NCBI GenBank assembly: GCA_002269645.1
Contig: NIVC01001935.1
Coordinates: 62,001 to 126,000, forward strand
Length of the DNA stretch: 64,000 nucleotides
Reading direction: 5' to 3'
From: Macrostomum lignano
Lineage: Eukaryota
Shown: positions 1 to 12,448 of the stretch, one piece after another
Numbering within the stretch: position 1 is the first letter of the stretch
Layout of the letters: each line of letters begins with the position of its first letter
Program-made: the position numbers and the translations under genes
The notes under the pieces: model-generated
Databases searched by the model: none
The model's input: the letters and a program-made list of their open reading frames with translations, nothing else
What the model was told of the DNA's origin: nothing

Positions 1-3000
1 TTAAAATATCTGTTTCGCGGATGTTTGAGAAGTTAAAAACAAATCGTATTATAATCGTCGTGCCTGGAAATAACAAGGGTAAGAAGACACTATAACTAAA
101 AACTTATGTGTTATAAATATTTTGCTTTAACTTTTGCATTTCATTTATTATCTGTCTATAATTTACGCATAGTTTATTTAAGAAAGCTTTTTAAAGCATT
201 TGATTTCAGCCTCTTTCGTCGACAAACAATGGTTCGAATTTAAATGTCTTTTCGTTTTAATTTATTTTTCAGGTCATCATCATCAACATTCAACATTCGT
301 CAGATTAATTGAGGTTGCCTCTCTTACTGTAGTTGAAGTTGAATTAGTTGTATAATAATTATTTTGGCTCATGTCTTTAGTCTGACTTTCAGTCATTTTT
401 TTGTTCACACACACATCGCTTACCATTTTAGTTCTTTCAGTTTCGGTTATTACATTTCGAGTCTACAGTAAAAAATCTTGCACCTAGGTCTAAAATCTAA
501 CTTAGTGAGCCTAACTTATTTTCCATTGGGCATAGGCCTAGAGTGTGACTAAATTAACTACTCTGGTTTATTGATTATAATGGCACTTCTAGGACAGAGC
601 AGCTTCTTCCCACATTCACCTATTGCACCTACGGGGAATAGCCCAAGCTTTCATCAACAAAACGATTTTGGCAGTCCTGTGCAATTTCCACCTGCAGCTG
701 GTCTCTGTAAGCATTTTTTGTTTTTCCTATGTTTGTCTTTTTATGACAGATTTTTAGTTTAAAGTACTTGTATAAGTATATATGTCATTCATTTCATTTT
801 TCTATATAATTAAATTAGAGATTATTGAATTTAAAATATTACAGGATATGCCTATAATATGGTGATAATCATTTATTTTGTTTAAACTTAGACTTGTTCT
901 TAGTAAAGCAAATCTAAAAAATATGTGCAAGTATATATATATATTTTAATCCTAGAGGGGAGAATTTCTGAGATATCAAGGCTTATATATGGATTCATTA
1001 AGATATAATAAATTGCTAATTAAGCAATGTGGGTTCAATTTTTTTGAACAGTTTTTTTGAGTGTCAAGTTTATTTATTAATTTTTTTAATTTCTAGAAAA
1101 ATATTAAAAAAACTTTTAAAAATATTAGATGAAAATGGAAAAAGCATCATGTTGGACTAAAAACAGTGTCATATAAGACATTAAAAGAAATTTTATGTTA
1201 AACATAAAGAAGCATCATTTAAAATATGAAAAAGTGCTATATCATACTTTATAGAAGCTTTATCGTTTATGTTAGATATAAAGACTTTAAAGAAATCATA
1301 TTAGACTTTAATTTAAAGAAGTGCCATGTCAAGCTTTAAAAAAGTATCATATAGACAAAAAAGCATCATATGACAAATAAAAGAAGCATCATGTAGAAAA
1401 GAAACATCATATTGTAGTTTGAAGCATGAAACATAGCCTGAAGCATAAATAAAGCATTACATAAAACTGTAATATGACTCTTAGGGAGAATTTCTGAGAT
1501 ATCAAGGCTTATAGGTGGAATTGCTAAGATGTCAAGGCTTGTTGGGGCAATTGCTAAGCTGGTAATAGTTGAAGACCTTGTGGGTGGGATATCCTTAATT
1601 TATCAACTATTCAAGGGATTTATAGATTGTTATATGATTGTCTAGAATGTTTTGGGGAATCCTTGATATTAATTGTAGGGTACATTGCAAATTTATAAAA
1701 ATATTAATAAAGCAGGAGACTTTAGACAAAATGAAGTACTTATTGACTAAATAGGAAAATCTTTAAGTCAATCCTTTCTTCAAAAGTGCATTTTAAAATG
1801 TCAGTGTATATGGAATGCATTCCAAAATATCAGTGTGCATGGCATGCAACTGAAAGAAAGTGTAGTTGTTAGGGTATATAATTGTAATGCAAGGTATATT
1901 ACTGTAATGGCGTTCCAGTGTGGGGCATATGATAAATAGACATTAAAGTTATTTGCAACATAGACAAAGAAATCAGGTAAAGTGGCTTGCTTACTGAAAA
2001 GTAGATAAATAAACTCTTAAAAGATAGAGTTTTTACAATTAGAAGATAAATTAAAAGAGCAATTTTTCTAAAAAAATAAGTAAGATAAATGTATATAATT
2101 AAATATATATATATATAAACAGTTTGTTAGCAGGTACAAGTACATGTAAGCTATATTGTTAATTTAGTTTTAATCAAAGCTTATGTTGTAAAAATATTGA
2201 AACTGCTACAAAAGGTCCTTTATTGTTGCTATTGCAATCAGTGTCAGTGTGCATTTACTTGGCATTGGTGTGCATTGTTCCCTTTTGTCTATGGTTTCCG
2301 GCATTCATACTTGCGCTAACAATTTGTTTGTCGGCTTTTTTCGATTGTTGCCGGATTTCAGACGAATGTATTTGGCTATCAAAACAAGGAACAACAATAG
2401 CAACACGGCGAAAGTGTTTCATAGTCACAAAAAGTTCTTAAGAACAAACCGATCGAATCAATTGTTTTACTTTCCGTAAAAGTTGAATGTGCAGTTGTGG
2501 AACTGACCACCACAGAGGCTTCTCGGCAGGTCTTGGCCGCCCTCGGGTGCTTTCATCAGCTCGCCTCTTTTCCAGATCTTCGCTACCTAGCTCAGGCAGC
2601 CCGTTGGAACTAGACGACGCATCCAGGTTGTCCATCTCCAGAACGTAGCGCGTGCTCGACTCTCAGGTGACAAAAGCCAACTCGTCCGTGAAGAGTCCAC
2701 ATATTTCTCCGCCAGGAATGTTTGCCTAGCGAATCATAGCTACTTTTCCTATTTGCACTCCGAATAGGAGAATTAATTCAAGCTCAAAATCAACTTGAGA
2801 ATTAACTCATGGCAGCCAGGCTAGCTGTCTTCACTGTCCTTTAAATTTGCCATAAACGATTAATTATCTCTACAACCCTTTCATTTAGAGAGCAACTAAA
2901 TTTGCCATAGACGATTGATTATCTCTACAACCCTTTCAAAGCGCATTCCGGCAACAATCGCATTTCATACTCAGCATCCGCACTATGTCTGGGCCATAGA

Positions 3001-3463
3001 CAAGGGAAGTCAAAAGGGTACAATAATGACATGTACCGATTTTTTTCGGCAGCAATTGCGTAAGCTGAAGCCGCATAGCAATTGCTGCCGAAAAAAATCG
3101 GTATATATTGTTACATTGGTTTGAAGCATTCTGGTGTGCACTTAGCATGATCTAGACTATGGAAGTCATTAGGAACATGTGATTGACCAAACAATAATAA
3201 ATGACCCAATTGTGACAGTGTGACTATTTTTTTGAAATTGTAATACTTTGTAAGGAAGTTATGTAGGAGGTAAAACTGGGGGAAGTTAAGATAAATATAG
3301 CCCTAGTTGATTCTGCTTGCCATACTTGTGCAATAAATTTATTATCAGTATTTATTTCTTCACTATAATATAACAAATTATAGATAAACTATTGGCATTA
3401 GTATTATATCGTTAAAATTGAAAGGGTTAAAAGAACTAATAAGAACTAAAGCTTTTGCTATAT

Positions 3464-4392
3464 AAACAATTCCCCTTGAATATTTGACAAGCTGAACAAT
3501 TCCCCTTGAATATTTGACAATCGGACAATTCCCCTTGAATATTTGACAATCGGAACAATTCCCCTTGAATATTTGACAATCTGAACAATTCCCCTTGAAT
3601 ATTTGCCAATCTGAACAATTCCCCTTGAATATTTGCCAATCTGAACAATTCCCCTTGAATATTTGACAATCGGACAATTCCCCTTGAATATTTGACAATC
3701 GGAACAATTCCCCTTGAATATTTGACAAGCTGAACAATTCCCCTTGAATATTTGCCAATCTGAACAATCCCCCTTGAATATTTGACAAGCTGAACAATTC
3801 CCCTTGAGTATTAGACAGACTGAACTATTCCCCTTCAATATTTGACAGTCTGAACAATTCCCCTTCAATATTTGACAGTCTGAACAATTCTCCTTCAATA
3901 TTTGACAATATGGGTAATTCCCCTTGAATACTTAGCAATCTAAACAATTCCCCTTGAATATTTGACAAGCTGAACAATTCCCCTTGAATATTTGACAATC
4001 TGAACAATTCCCCTTGAATATTTGACAATCTGAACAATTCCCCTTGAATATTTGACAATCTGAACAAATTCCCCTTGAATATTTGACAGTCTTAACAATT
4101 CCCCTTGAATATTTGACAATCTGAACGATTCCCCTTGAATATTTGACAAGCTGAGCTGAACGATTCCCCTTGAATATTTGACAAGCTGAACAATTCCCCT
4201 TGAATATTTGACAATCTGAACAATTCCCCTTGAATATTTGGCAATCGGAACAATTCCCCTTGAATATTTGATAATCTGAACAATTCCCCTTGAATATTTG
4301 ACAGTCTGAACAAATCCCCTTGAATATTTGATAATCTGAACAATTCCCCTTGAATATTTGACAATCTGAACCAATTCCCTTTGAAGCCTTCA
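3464..4392. repeat. ~30-bp minisatellite (AACAATTCCCCTTGAATATTTGACAATCTG), ~31 copies, directly upstream of the first identified Argonaute exon
   Basis: Tandem unit read directly; it explains the periodic ELFRLSNIQG-type ORFs at 3378-4409. Confidence 0.95.
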
Positions 4393-4457
4393 ATATCTGG
4401 AATGATCATTCAGACCTATATAATAATCGCACCAATCTACATACTAATTAATTTTAG

Positions 4458-7400
4458 TGCCCGGCGGCTTTAACCCACACGCGCCGCCGCCATCCAGCGA
4501 CCCCGGCGGCGGCCCCGGCAGCAGCGGCGTCGCCTCCAATGCCGGAGCTTCCTCGGGCGGCGGCTCGAACAGCTTCGGTGGGGGCGGCGGCGGTGGCGGC
4601 GGCAGCGGCGGAAATGGAAGTTCCGGCGAGCCGTCGCCACCCGCCATCATCTTCCAGCCTCCTATGCGGCCGGACCGCGGCCAGGAGGGCCGCCACATCG
4701 GCCTGCGTGCCAACCACTTCGAGATCCGGCTGCCCAAGGGCTTCCTGCATCACTATGACGTGTCGATTGTGCCGGACAAGTGTCCGCGCCGGGTCAACAG
4801 GGAGATCGTCAACACCATGGTGAACTCCATGCACCACCAGAGCTTCTTCTTCAACCAGAGACCGGTCTTCGACGGCCGGAAGAATCTCTATGCCAGGTTT
4901 GTTGGGCTGTCTGTGTCCATGACTCTTCAGGGAGTGTCTGTGTCCATGACTCTTCAGGGAGTGTCTGTGTCCATGACTCTTCAGGGAGTGTCTGCGTTCA
5001 TGACTCTTCAGGGAGTGTCTGTGTCCATGACTCTTCAGGGACTGTCTGTGTCCATTACTTTTCAGGGAGTGTCAGTGTCCATGACTCTTCAGGAAATGTC
5101 TGTGTCCATGACTCTTCAGGGACTGTCTGTGTCCATGACTCTTCAGGGAGTGTCTGTGTCCATGACTCTTCAGGGAGTGTCTGCGTTCATGACTCTTTAG
5201 GGACTGTCTGTGTCCATGACTCTTCAGGGAGTGTCTGTGTCCATGACTCTTTAGGGACTGTCTGTGTCCATGACTCTTCAGGGAGTGTCTGTGTCCATGA
5301 CTCTTTAGGGACTGTCTGTGTCCATGACTCATCAGGGACTGTCTGTGTCCATGACTCTTCAGGGAGTGTCTGTGTCCATGACTCTTCAGGGAGTGTCTGC
5401 GTTCATGACTCTTTAGGGACTGTCTGTGTCCATGACTCTTCAGGGAGTGTCTGTGTCCATGACTCTTTAGGGACTGTCTGTGTCCATGACTCTTCAGGGA
5501 GTGTCTGTGTCCATGACTCTTCAGGGACTGTCTGTGTCCATGACTCTTCAGGGACTGTCTGTGTGCATGATTCTTCAGGGACTGTCTGTGTGCACGATTC
5601 TTCAGTTTAGTTTATGCCTTCACTTCAGGCATAATTCAATGTCAGTGGACTAATGTGTCAAGAATGTTTATTATGTATCAATTCGCAATTGAGGCTGTCA
5701 ATATTGAGGGTCCTATCAGGAAAGGTGCTAACCGTTAAAGTCCCTAGCACTGATCGAGAGTGTTAGTACAGCAGGATGCTGGCACACCCGCAGGGACCCG
5801 CTCCCGTTGGGCAGCGACCGCCTGGAGCTGGAGGTGACGCTGCCGGGCGAGGGCAGCAAGGACCGCGTGTTTCGCGTCAGCCTGCGCTACCTGGGCGAGG
5901 TGTCCCTGTTCGCCCTGGAGGAGGCTCTCGAAGGCCGTCGCCGCGGCATCCCGGGAGAGGCGGTGAACGCGCTGGACGTGATCATGCGCCACCTGCCCAG
6001 CATGCAGTACACCCCCGTGGGCCGGTCCTTCTTCCAGCAGCCGGAGCTGGACTCCACCGACCACCCGCTGGGCAGCGGCCGGGAGGTGTGGTTCGGCTTC
6101 CACCAGAGCGTGCGGCCGAGCCACTGGAAGATGATGCTCAACATCGACGTGTCGGCCACGGCCTTCTACAAGGCGCAGAGCGTCTGCGACTTTCTCTGCG
6201 AGGTGCTGGAGACGCCCGACTTGGAGGAGTACAGCAGGAAGCCGCTCAGCGACTGCAACAGGGTGAAGTTCACCAAGGAGATCAAAGGCCTGAAGATTGA
6301 GATCACCCACTGCGGCCAGATGCGCCGCAAGTACCGAGTGTGCAACGTCACCAGGAGGTCGGCCAGCGCCCAGAGCTTCCCGCTGCAGATGGAGAACGGC
6401 CAGACTCTCGACTGCACTGTTGTGAAGTACTTCGCCGAGCGGTATAAGATGCGGCTGCGCTATCCTATGCTGCCGTGCCTGCAGGTGGGCCAGGAGAACA
6501 AGCACACCTACCTGCCTCTGGAAGTCTGCAACATTGTCAGCGGCCAGCGCTGCATCAAGAAGCTGACGGATTCGCAGACGTCCACCATGATCAAGGCCAC
6601 GGCCAGGTCCGCACCGGACCGGGAGCGCGAGATTAACAACTTGGTGCGGAAGGCCAACTTCAACCACGACAGCCATCTGCAGACCTTCGGCATTCAGGTG
6701 CGATTCTCGGGGTGCACTTTTCATGTTGGTTTCTAGGGTTAGAAAGAACAGGATGTACTTGTAACTGCTCACAATCTGTTGCACTAGATTTCCCCTTAAC
6801 TCTATCCTCTCAATTCCAATTCCCTTAATTCCATTTGCTTGATTCCCATTCCCTCGATTCCAATCCCCTTAATTCCCATTCCATCAGCTCCCATTCCCTT
6901 TACTCCTATTCCCTCAATGGCTATTCCCTTAACTCCCATTCCCTCAACTCCCATTCCCTCAACTCCCATTCCCTCAACTCCCATTCCCTCAACTCCTATT
7001 CCCTCAAATCCCATCCCCTCAACTCCCATTCCCTCAACTCCCATTCCCTCATTTTCCATTCCCTCAAATCCCATCCTCTCAAATCCCATTCCCTTAACTC
7101 ACATTCCCTTAATTCCCAATTCCTCTACAACCGCTCGAATCACTCTGCAGTTAAAATATTTCACTAATCATTGATCCCAAACAAATCCTGAATCCCGACA
7201 GGTGCAACCTCGCATGGCGGAGGTGGGCGGCCGGGTGCTGCCGGCGCCGCGCATTCAGTACGGCGGGCGCAGCCGCGCGCAGGCGTTGCCGCAGCAGGGG
7301 GTCTGGGACATGCGCGGCAAGCAGTTCTTCGCCGGCATCGAGATCAAGGTGTGGGCCATCGCCTGCTTTGCCGCTCAGCGCATTGTGCGCGAGGACTCGC

Positions 7401-9913
7401 TGAGGCAGTTCACCCAGCAGCTGCAGCGGATCAGCCAGGATGCCGGCATGGCCATCACCGGCCAGCCCTGCTTCTGCAAGTACGCCAACGGCCAGGACCA
7501 GGTGGAGCCGATGTTCCGCTACCTGAAGAACACCTTCCAGGGCCTGCAGCTCATCGTGGTGGTGCTGCCCGGCAAGACGCCCGTGAGGCCTCTTTGATTG
7601 GCTTTTTCAATAAGTTGATATGGTTGGGATGAGGTCTGTTCAGAGAGTCTCTGATTGGTTGGGATGAGGTCCGTTCAGAGTCTCTGATTGGTTGGGGTGA
7701 GGACTGTTCAGAGAGTCTCTGATTGGTTGGGGTGAGGACTGTTCAGAGAGTCTCTGATTGGTTGGGGTCAGGACTGTTCAGAGAGTCTCTGATTGGTTGG
7801 GGTGAGGACTGTTCAGAATCTCTGATTGGTTGGTGTGAGGACTGTTCAGACCAGAGAGTCTCTGATTGGTTGGTGTGAGGACTGTTCAGACCAGAGAGTC
7901 TCTGATTGGTTGGTGTGAGGACTGTTCAGAATCTCTGATTGGTTGGTGTGAGGACTGTTCAGACCAGAGAGTCTCTGATTGGTTGGTGTGAGGACTGTTC
8001 AGAATCTCTGATTGGTTGGTGTGAGGACTGTTCAGACTTCAGAGTCTCTGATTGGTTGGTGTGAGGACTGTTCAGAATCTCTGATTGGTTGGTGTGAGGA
8101 CTGTTCAGACTTCAGAGTCTCTGATTGGTTGGGGTGAGGACTGTTCAGAGTCTCTGATTGGTTGGTGTGAGGACTGTTCAGACTTCAGAGTCTCTGATTG
8201 GTTGGGGTGAGGACTGTTCAGAGTCTCTGATTGGTTGGGGTGAGGACTGTTCAGAGTCTCTGATTGGTTGGGATGAGTCTGTAATTAGTTATTGATTTAT
8301 TAATTAACCAACCCTCCCCCATTCCCCAGGTGTACGCCGAGGTGAAGCGAGTGGGCGACATCCTGTTCGGCCTGGCCACCCAGTGCGTGCAGGCCAAAAA
8401 CGTGGTGAAAACCTCTCCGCAGACGCTCAGCAATCTCTGCCTGAAGATGAACGTCAAACTCGGCGGCATCAACTCCATCCTGGTGCCCGCCGTTCGTCCT
8501 GGCGTCTTCCGCGAGCCCGTCATCTTCATGGGCGGCGACGTGACCCACCCGCCGGCCGGCGACCGCTCCAAGCCGTCCATCGCGGCCGTGGTGGCCAGCA
8601 TGGACGCCCACCCCAGTCGGTACGCCGCCACGGTTCGAGTCCAGGCCCACAGGGAGGAGCGAATTGCCGAACTGTGCGGCATGACCAGGGAGCTGCTGCT
8701 GCAGTTCTACAGGAGCACCCGGTTCAAGCCCACCCGCATTGTGTACTTCAGGGACGGCGTTAGCGAGGGCCAGTTTCAGGTGAGTTTGCTTAGGCTTGCG
8801 TCATAGCTCTTTTTGCAGTATCGACTCTGCACCCCCAATATGTACTTTTACACCATCTCTTTCTCTTATTCCCTTAGACCACTTCCTATCCCCAATTAGG
8901 TGTTTCCTTAGACCACCTCCTATTCCCAATTAGGTGTTTCCTTAGACCACCTCCTATCCCCAATTAGGTGTTTCCTTAGACCACCTCTTATCTCCAATTA
9001 GGTGTTTCCTTAGACCACCTTCTATCCCCAAATCTACAGAAGGTGGTCACAGATCGTCCTTATTCCTATACTGTCAGATTTGCGACATCCCCTCCCCCAG
9101 GTGGTCCAGTCGCACGAGCTGCGCGCTCTCCGCGAGGCGTGCACCCGCCTGGAGCTGGACTACCAGCCCGGTATCACCTTCGTGGTGGTGCAGAAGCGGC
9201 ACCACACCCGCCTGTTCTGCGCCGACACCAAAGATAAAATTGGCCGCAGCGGCAACATCCCAGCTGGTACCACTGTGGATCAGACCATCACGCATCCGAC
9301 TGAGTTCGACTTCTACCTGTGCAGCCATGCCGGCATTCAGGTGCGATCATTTTAGCTGTGTTGGGACCCAGGAAATTTCACTCTCGTAGGAGGCTCGTGG
9401 GCACCCTCGGCGGCAGCATCCCGATTCTGCCCATTCCACTGACTCCTGAGCAAATGCTGTACGCAGACACGCTCACACTGGGTGTACAGTGGTCCTGACT
9501 TTCAAATCGTCAAGCATGTGCATTCTCTGTGCCTTTGGGGTTGATCCTCATGGGTGCTCTCATCGGAGCTCACCACTGAGCTGCTCTGCTCCGAATTCCA
9601 GGGCACCAGCCGGCCGTCTCACTATCACGTGATGTGGGACGACAACAAATTCTCAGCCGACGAGCTGCAGATGCTCACCTACCAGCTGTGCCACACGTAC
9701 GTGCGCTGCACCCGCTCCGTGAGCATCCCGGCCCCGGCTTACTATGCTCACCTGGTGGCTTTCCGGGCTCGCTACCACCTGGTCGAGAGGGACCAGGTTG
9801 ACATTGGTGAGGGCTCGCAGAAGAGCGGCAGCTCGGATGAGAGGAACCCGGCCGTCATGCTGCGGGCCATCACCGTGCACCCGGAGACCATGCGGGTCAT
9901 GTACTTTGCATAA
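4458..9913 (+). CDS. AGO: Argonaute, AGO (miRNA-class) clade, slicer-competent; first coding exon/start not located
   Basis: Exons 4458-4896, 5794-6697, 7202-7582, 8330-8779, 9101-9340, 9602-9913; all introns GT-AG and phase-compatible, >=908 aa. Motifs: LRANHF and FDGRKNLY (N domain), [12 protein letters not shown]...LPCLQVGQ...YLPLEVC (PAZ), [16 protein letters not shown] and TQCVQ.KNV (MID), GGDVTHP / HREE / RDGVSEG / [11 protein letters not shown] (PIWI DEDH), C-terminus MYFA as in human AGO1-4. Confidence 0.97.
4910..5605. repeat. 27-bp minisatellite (CTGTGTCCATGACTCTTCAGGGAGTGT), ~26 copies, AGO intron
   Basis: Tandem unit read directly between donor 4897 and acceptor 5793. Confidence 0.95.
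6790..7125. repeat. 15-bp C-rich minisatellite (ACTCCCATTCCCTCA), AGO intron
   Basis: Tandem unit read directly in intron 6698-7201. Confidence 0.9.
7625..8278. repeat. 33-40-bp minisatellite (GAGTCTCTGATTGGTTGGKGTGAGGACTGTTCAGA), ~18 copies, AGO intron
   Basis: Tandem unit read directly in intron 7583-8329. Confidence 0.92.
8874..9030. repeat. 34-bp minisatellite (TTAGACCACCTCCTATCCCCAATTAGGTGTTTCC), ~4.5 copies, AGO intron
   Basis: Tandem unit read directly in intron 8780-9100. Confidence 0.9.
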
Positions 9914-12078
9914 GGGGGCCGCTAGACTCTAATCCGGCTGCCATTTAGATCTTGTTTATATAATGCACTTGATCGGTCACACCGCTGCTATGCCATTGCT
10001 AGTCATGGATGACCCGTTGAAAACGTTACCGTGACCAGAATCGCTAAATAGTCCTTGCAAACTTGTCTTGCCTTGTGTCTTGTGACTATTTAACGGCTCA
10101 AACGGCTTAACGTGACGGATTTTTTTCTGCAAAATGAGTTGCAGAATTGTAAAAGTCACCAAAAAGTCGTCCGAAAGTTGTTGTGTCAGCGCTTGACTTT
10201 CTGCTAACTCAAATTGACTAAACAGAGTTGTTGTGTCAGCGCTTGACTTTCTGCTAACTCAAATTGACTAAACAGAGTTGTTGTAAATGTGAAATGCGAT
10301 TATAATTCATACAGTGACGTGACGCAGCTGCGCTTCAGGCGCAACTCGGTGATTCTACAGCGACTCCAGCAGGCCTCAGATGCGACTATACGGGGCCCCA
10401 CAGCCTTCAGTAATAAAACGTCTTGACTTGACTCTTAGACGACTCTGACGACTTTTTGGCGACTTGTACCGTGATGTCTCTTCGTTTTAAAGTCGTCTTG
10501 AGTCACTTTCCTATGTTACCTGTGTTACCTCAAACAACTGAGGCGACGCAAGTGACTCTGGGATGCTTTATGGCCTAGGTACCGTTTTCATTAGGTGACG
10601 ACAGTCTATGGCCGAAACTCCCTTAAGGTGATTTCTATTGGCTGCTAAATTCTACAAAAAATTCCTGACACTACATCAGTAGTCTTATGGCCATAGACAT
10701 TCTCGTTGACAGGCAGCGTCGCGTTTGGCGTTTAAAGTGTGCAACTGCAGGTGGGCTTAAAATCAAAGTGTGTTGCGTCATCGTTGAGGCCTGTTTAGCA
10801 GTTGGAATATTCAGCATCAGTTGTGTAGTAGCCGCAGCCCCCACCCCCCTGTTTTCGGATCTCTCTGCTGTGCAGTGGCAGTTCTCGAACGAATATCCAT
10901 TCTTCTTTTCTGCTGTTTCCATCTCTTTTTTGCGTGCCACCAGAATTTTTAGCTGAATTTGTGTTTGGAATTTGGGCAATTTTCAGGTAACTACTGAGTA
11001 TTGCTTGTCCAAATCTTTAAACATTGCAAAAGTACAATAGTAGTATGGCATGATCCAAGGTGCAATATTAACTGCTATTTATGCAAACTGCTTCTGCTGT
11101 TCTCCCTTTAAACTCTGTTTTGTTCACCAGTGTTTCTTCTGAGGGGCTGTGCTCTCCGTTCACAAACTCACATATCCTTTGTCCTGTGAGCAATGCCTAT
11201 GCAGGACTCAGCGTGACCTCTCCAATAATGCTAACATCGACCTTTGCTTAGAGTTTGCTGAATCATTTTCCAGTTTTTATACAAAGTACAACAATTTTAC
11301 GGACAAAGAGCCGCGAATCCAAGTCTGCCCGAGTCGTTTTCCATCCCCAATATTTGCTTGTAAGTCAACTGTAGTCTGCTTTGCTTTACCTACTTCCTTA
11401 GCGTACTACTTGCAGTAGCTTATTATTAAATCTCTGACCAAACTGCTTTGGCGCAGCAATTTAACTGGCTGTTTTTTGTATTCGCAATTGGAACTAGCTT
11501 TGCCTATTACTTCCACCTGTCGCATCAAACGCTGCTTCTATTTCTTCCTATTTTGTCTTGTACTATAGCGATTTTTTTTTACGTTTGACAAGCTTAGTCT
11601 GCTTCTTTTTATCTACTAGCCTTTCTTTAGTCACCTGTATAATTTTTGCTGTGAAAGAAAGAAGTGAATTTAGATTTTGCTTCATTTTTTAAGATTATTA
11701 TTATTTAGTTGATTGCTAGGTCAGCACGCGATTCCCGAGCATTAGACTGACACTGTGACACAGTAATTATTTGGTTCTTTCTGTTTTCTTCCTAATCTTG
11801 TTTTGTTTTTTAACCCTCTGAAACTGCGTAGAGCCTATTACTCTTATTGGCACGAGTCTCCCACAAATAGAAGAAATGATGATGAAATGAGTGGGCTGAA
11901 CTCTTGTGCGAAAGAGAGTTGTTCGATTTTATCGTAGGTTTGTTTATAACAATTCTAAAAATAGGTTTGCCTTCCCCCCAAACCTAGATAAGACAAGTAA
12001 TGTACACTTCGAACCTTTCTATTCCTCAATGTACATTCAGCCCACGGGCTAGACTTGCCTCAATGTACACACACTCTT

Positions 12079-12448
12079 AGGGGGGGGGGGGCGTAGCCCA
12101 GCGGTCTAGCGCAGGCTCTGGTGTGCCAGCGACCCAGGCTCGATTCCAAGTGTGGTCACATTAATTTGGGGCTGAATTGGAATCTCGGCTTGGCTCTGCT
12201 CGTGCAATTAACGGCCTTGAGAGCCAACCCCCCAAGGCGCAGTAAAGTGTAAATGCCTAGCGATAAAATAAAGTTAGGGCCGCTGTACACTCCTGTGTGA
12301 TTGTGTGCCTGCGTATCCGCGCGCTTGTATGCCTGCTCAGGGGAGTCTGCGGAATGGGGAGTAATGCCTCTCGCCGGTTGTGTGCCTATGTCGCTAAAAG
12401 GTGCGCCAGGGTGCACACAACCCCCCTGCCGCTAATAAAAAAACAAAA
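12079..12448 (+). mobile_element. Full-length tRNA-derived SINE (~370 bp) with 10-bp target-site duplication
   Basis: Pol III A box TAGCCCAGCGG (12094-12104), B box GGCTCGATTCC (12137-12147) at tRNA-like spacing, A-rich tail TAATAAAAAAACAAAA, flanking direct repeat ACACACTCTT at 12069-12078 and 12449-12458. Confidence 0.8.

Noticed and set aside
1-2200. AT-rich region with short duplications (960/1486) and ORF 571-762
   Set aside because: No coding bias, TIRs or TSDs identified; treated as ordinary intergenic or intronic DNA.
2223-2720. Short ORFs 2223-2635 as a gene or transposase fragment
   Set aside because: No recognisable motif, internal stops upstream, no supporting splice structure.
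12091-12160. Functional tRNA gene
   Set aside because: A and B boxes are present, but there is no proper acceptor stem or 7-nt anticodon loop; it continues into a body, A-tail and TSD, so it is a SINE head.
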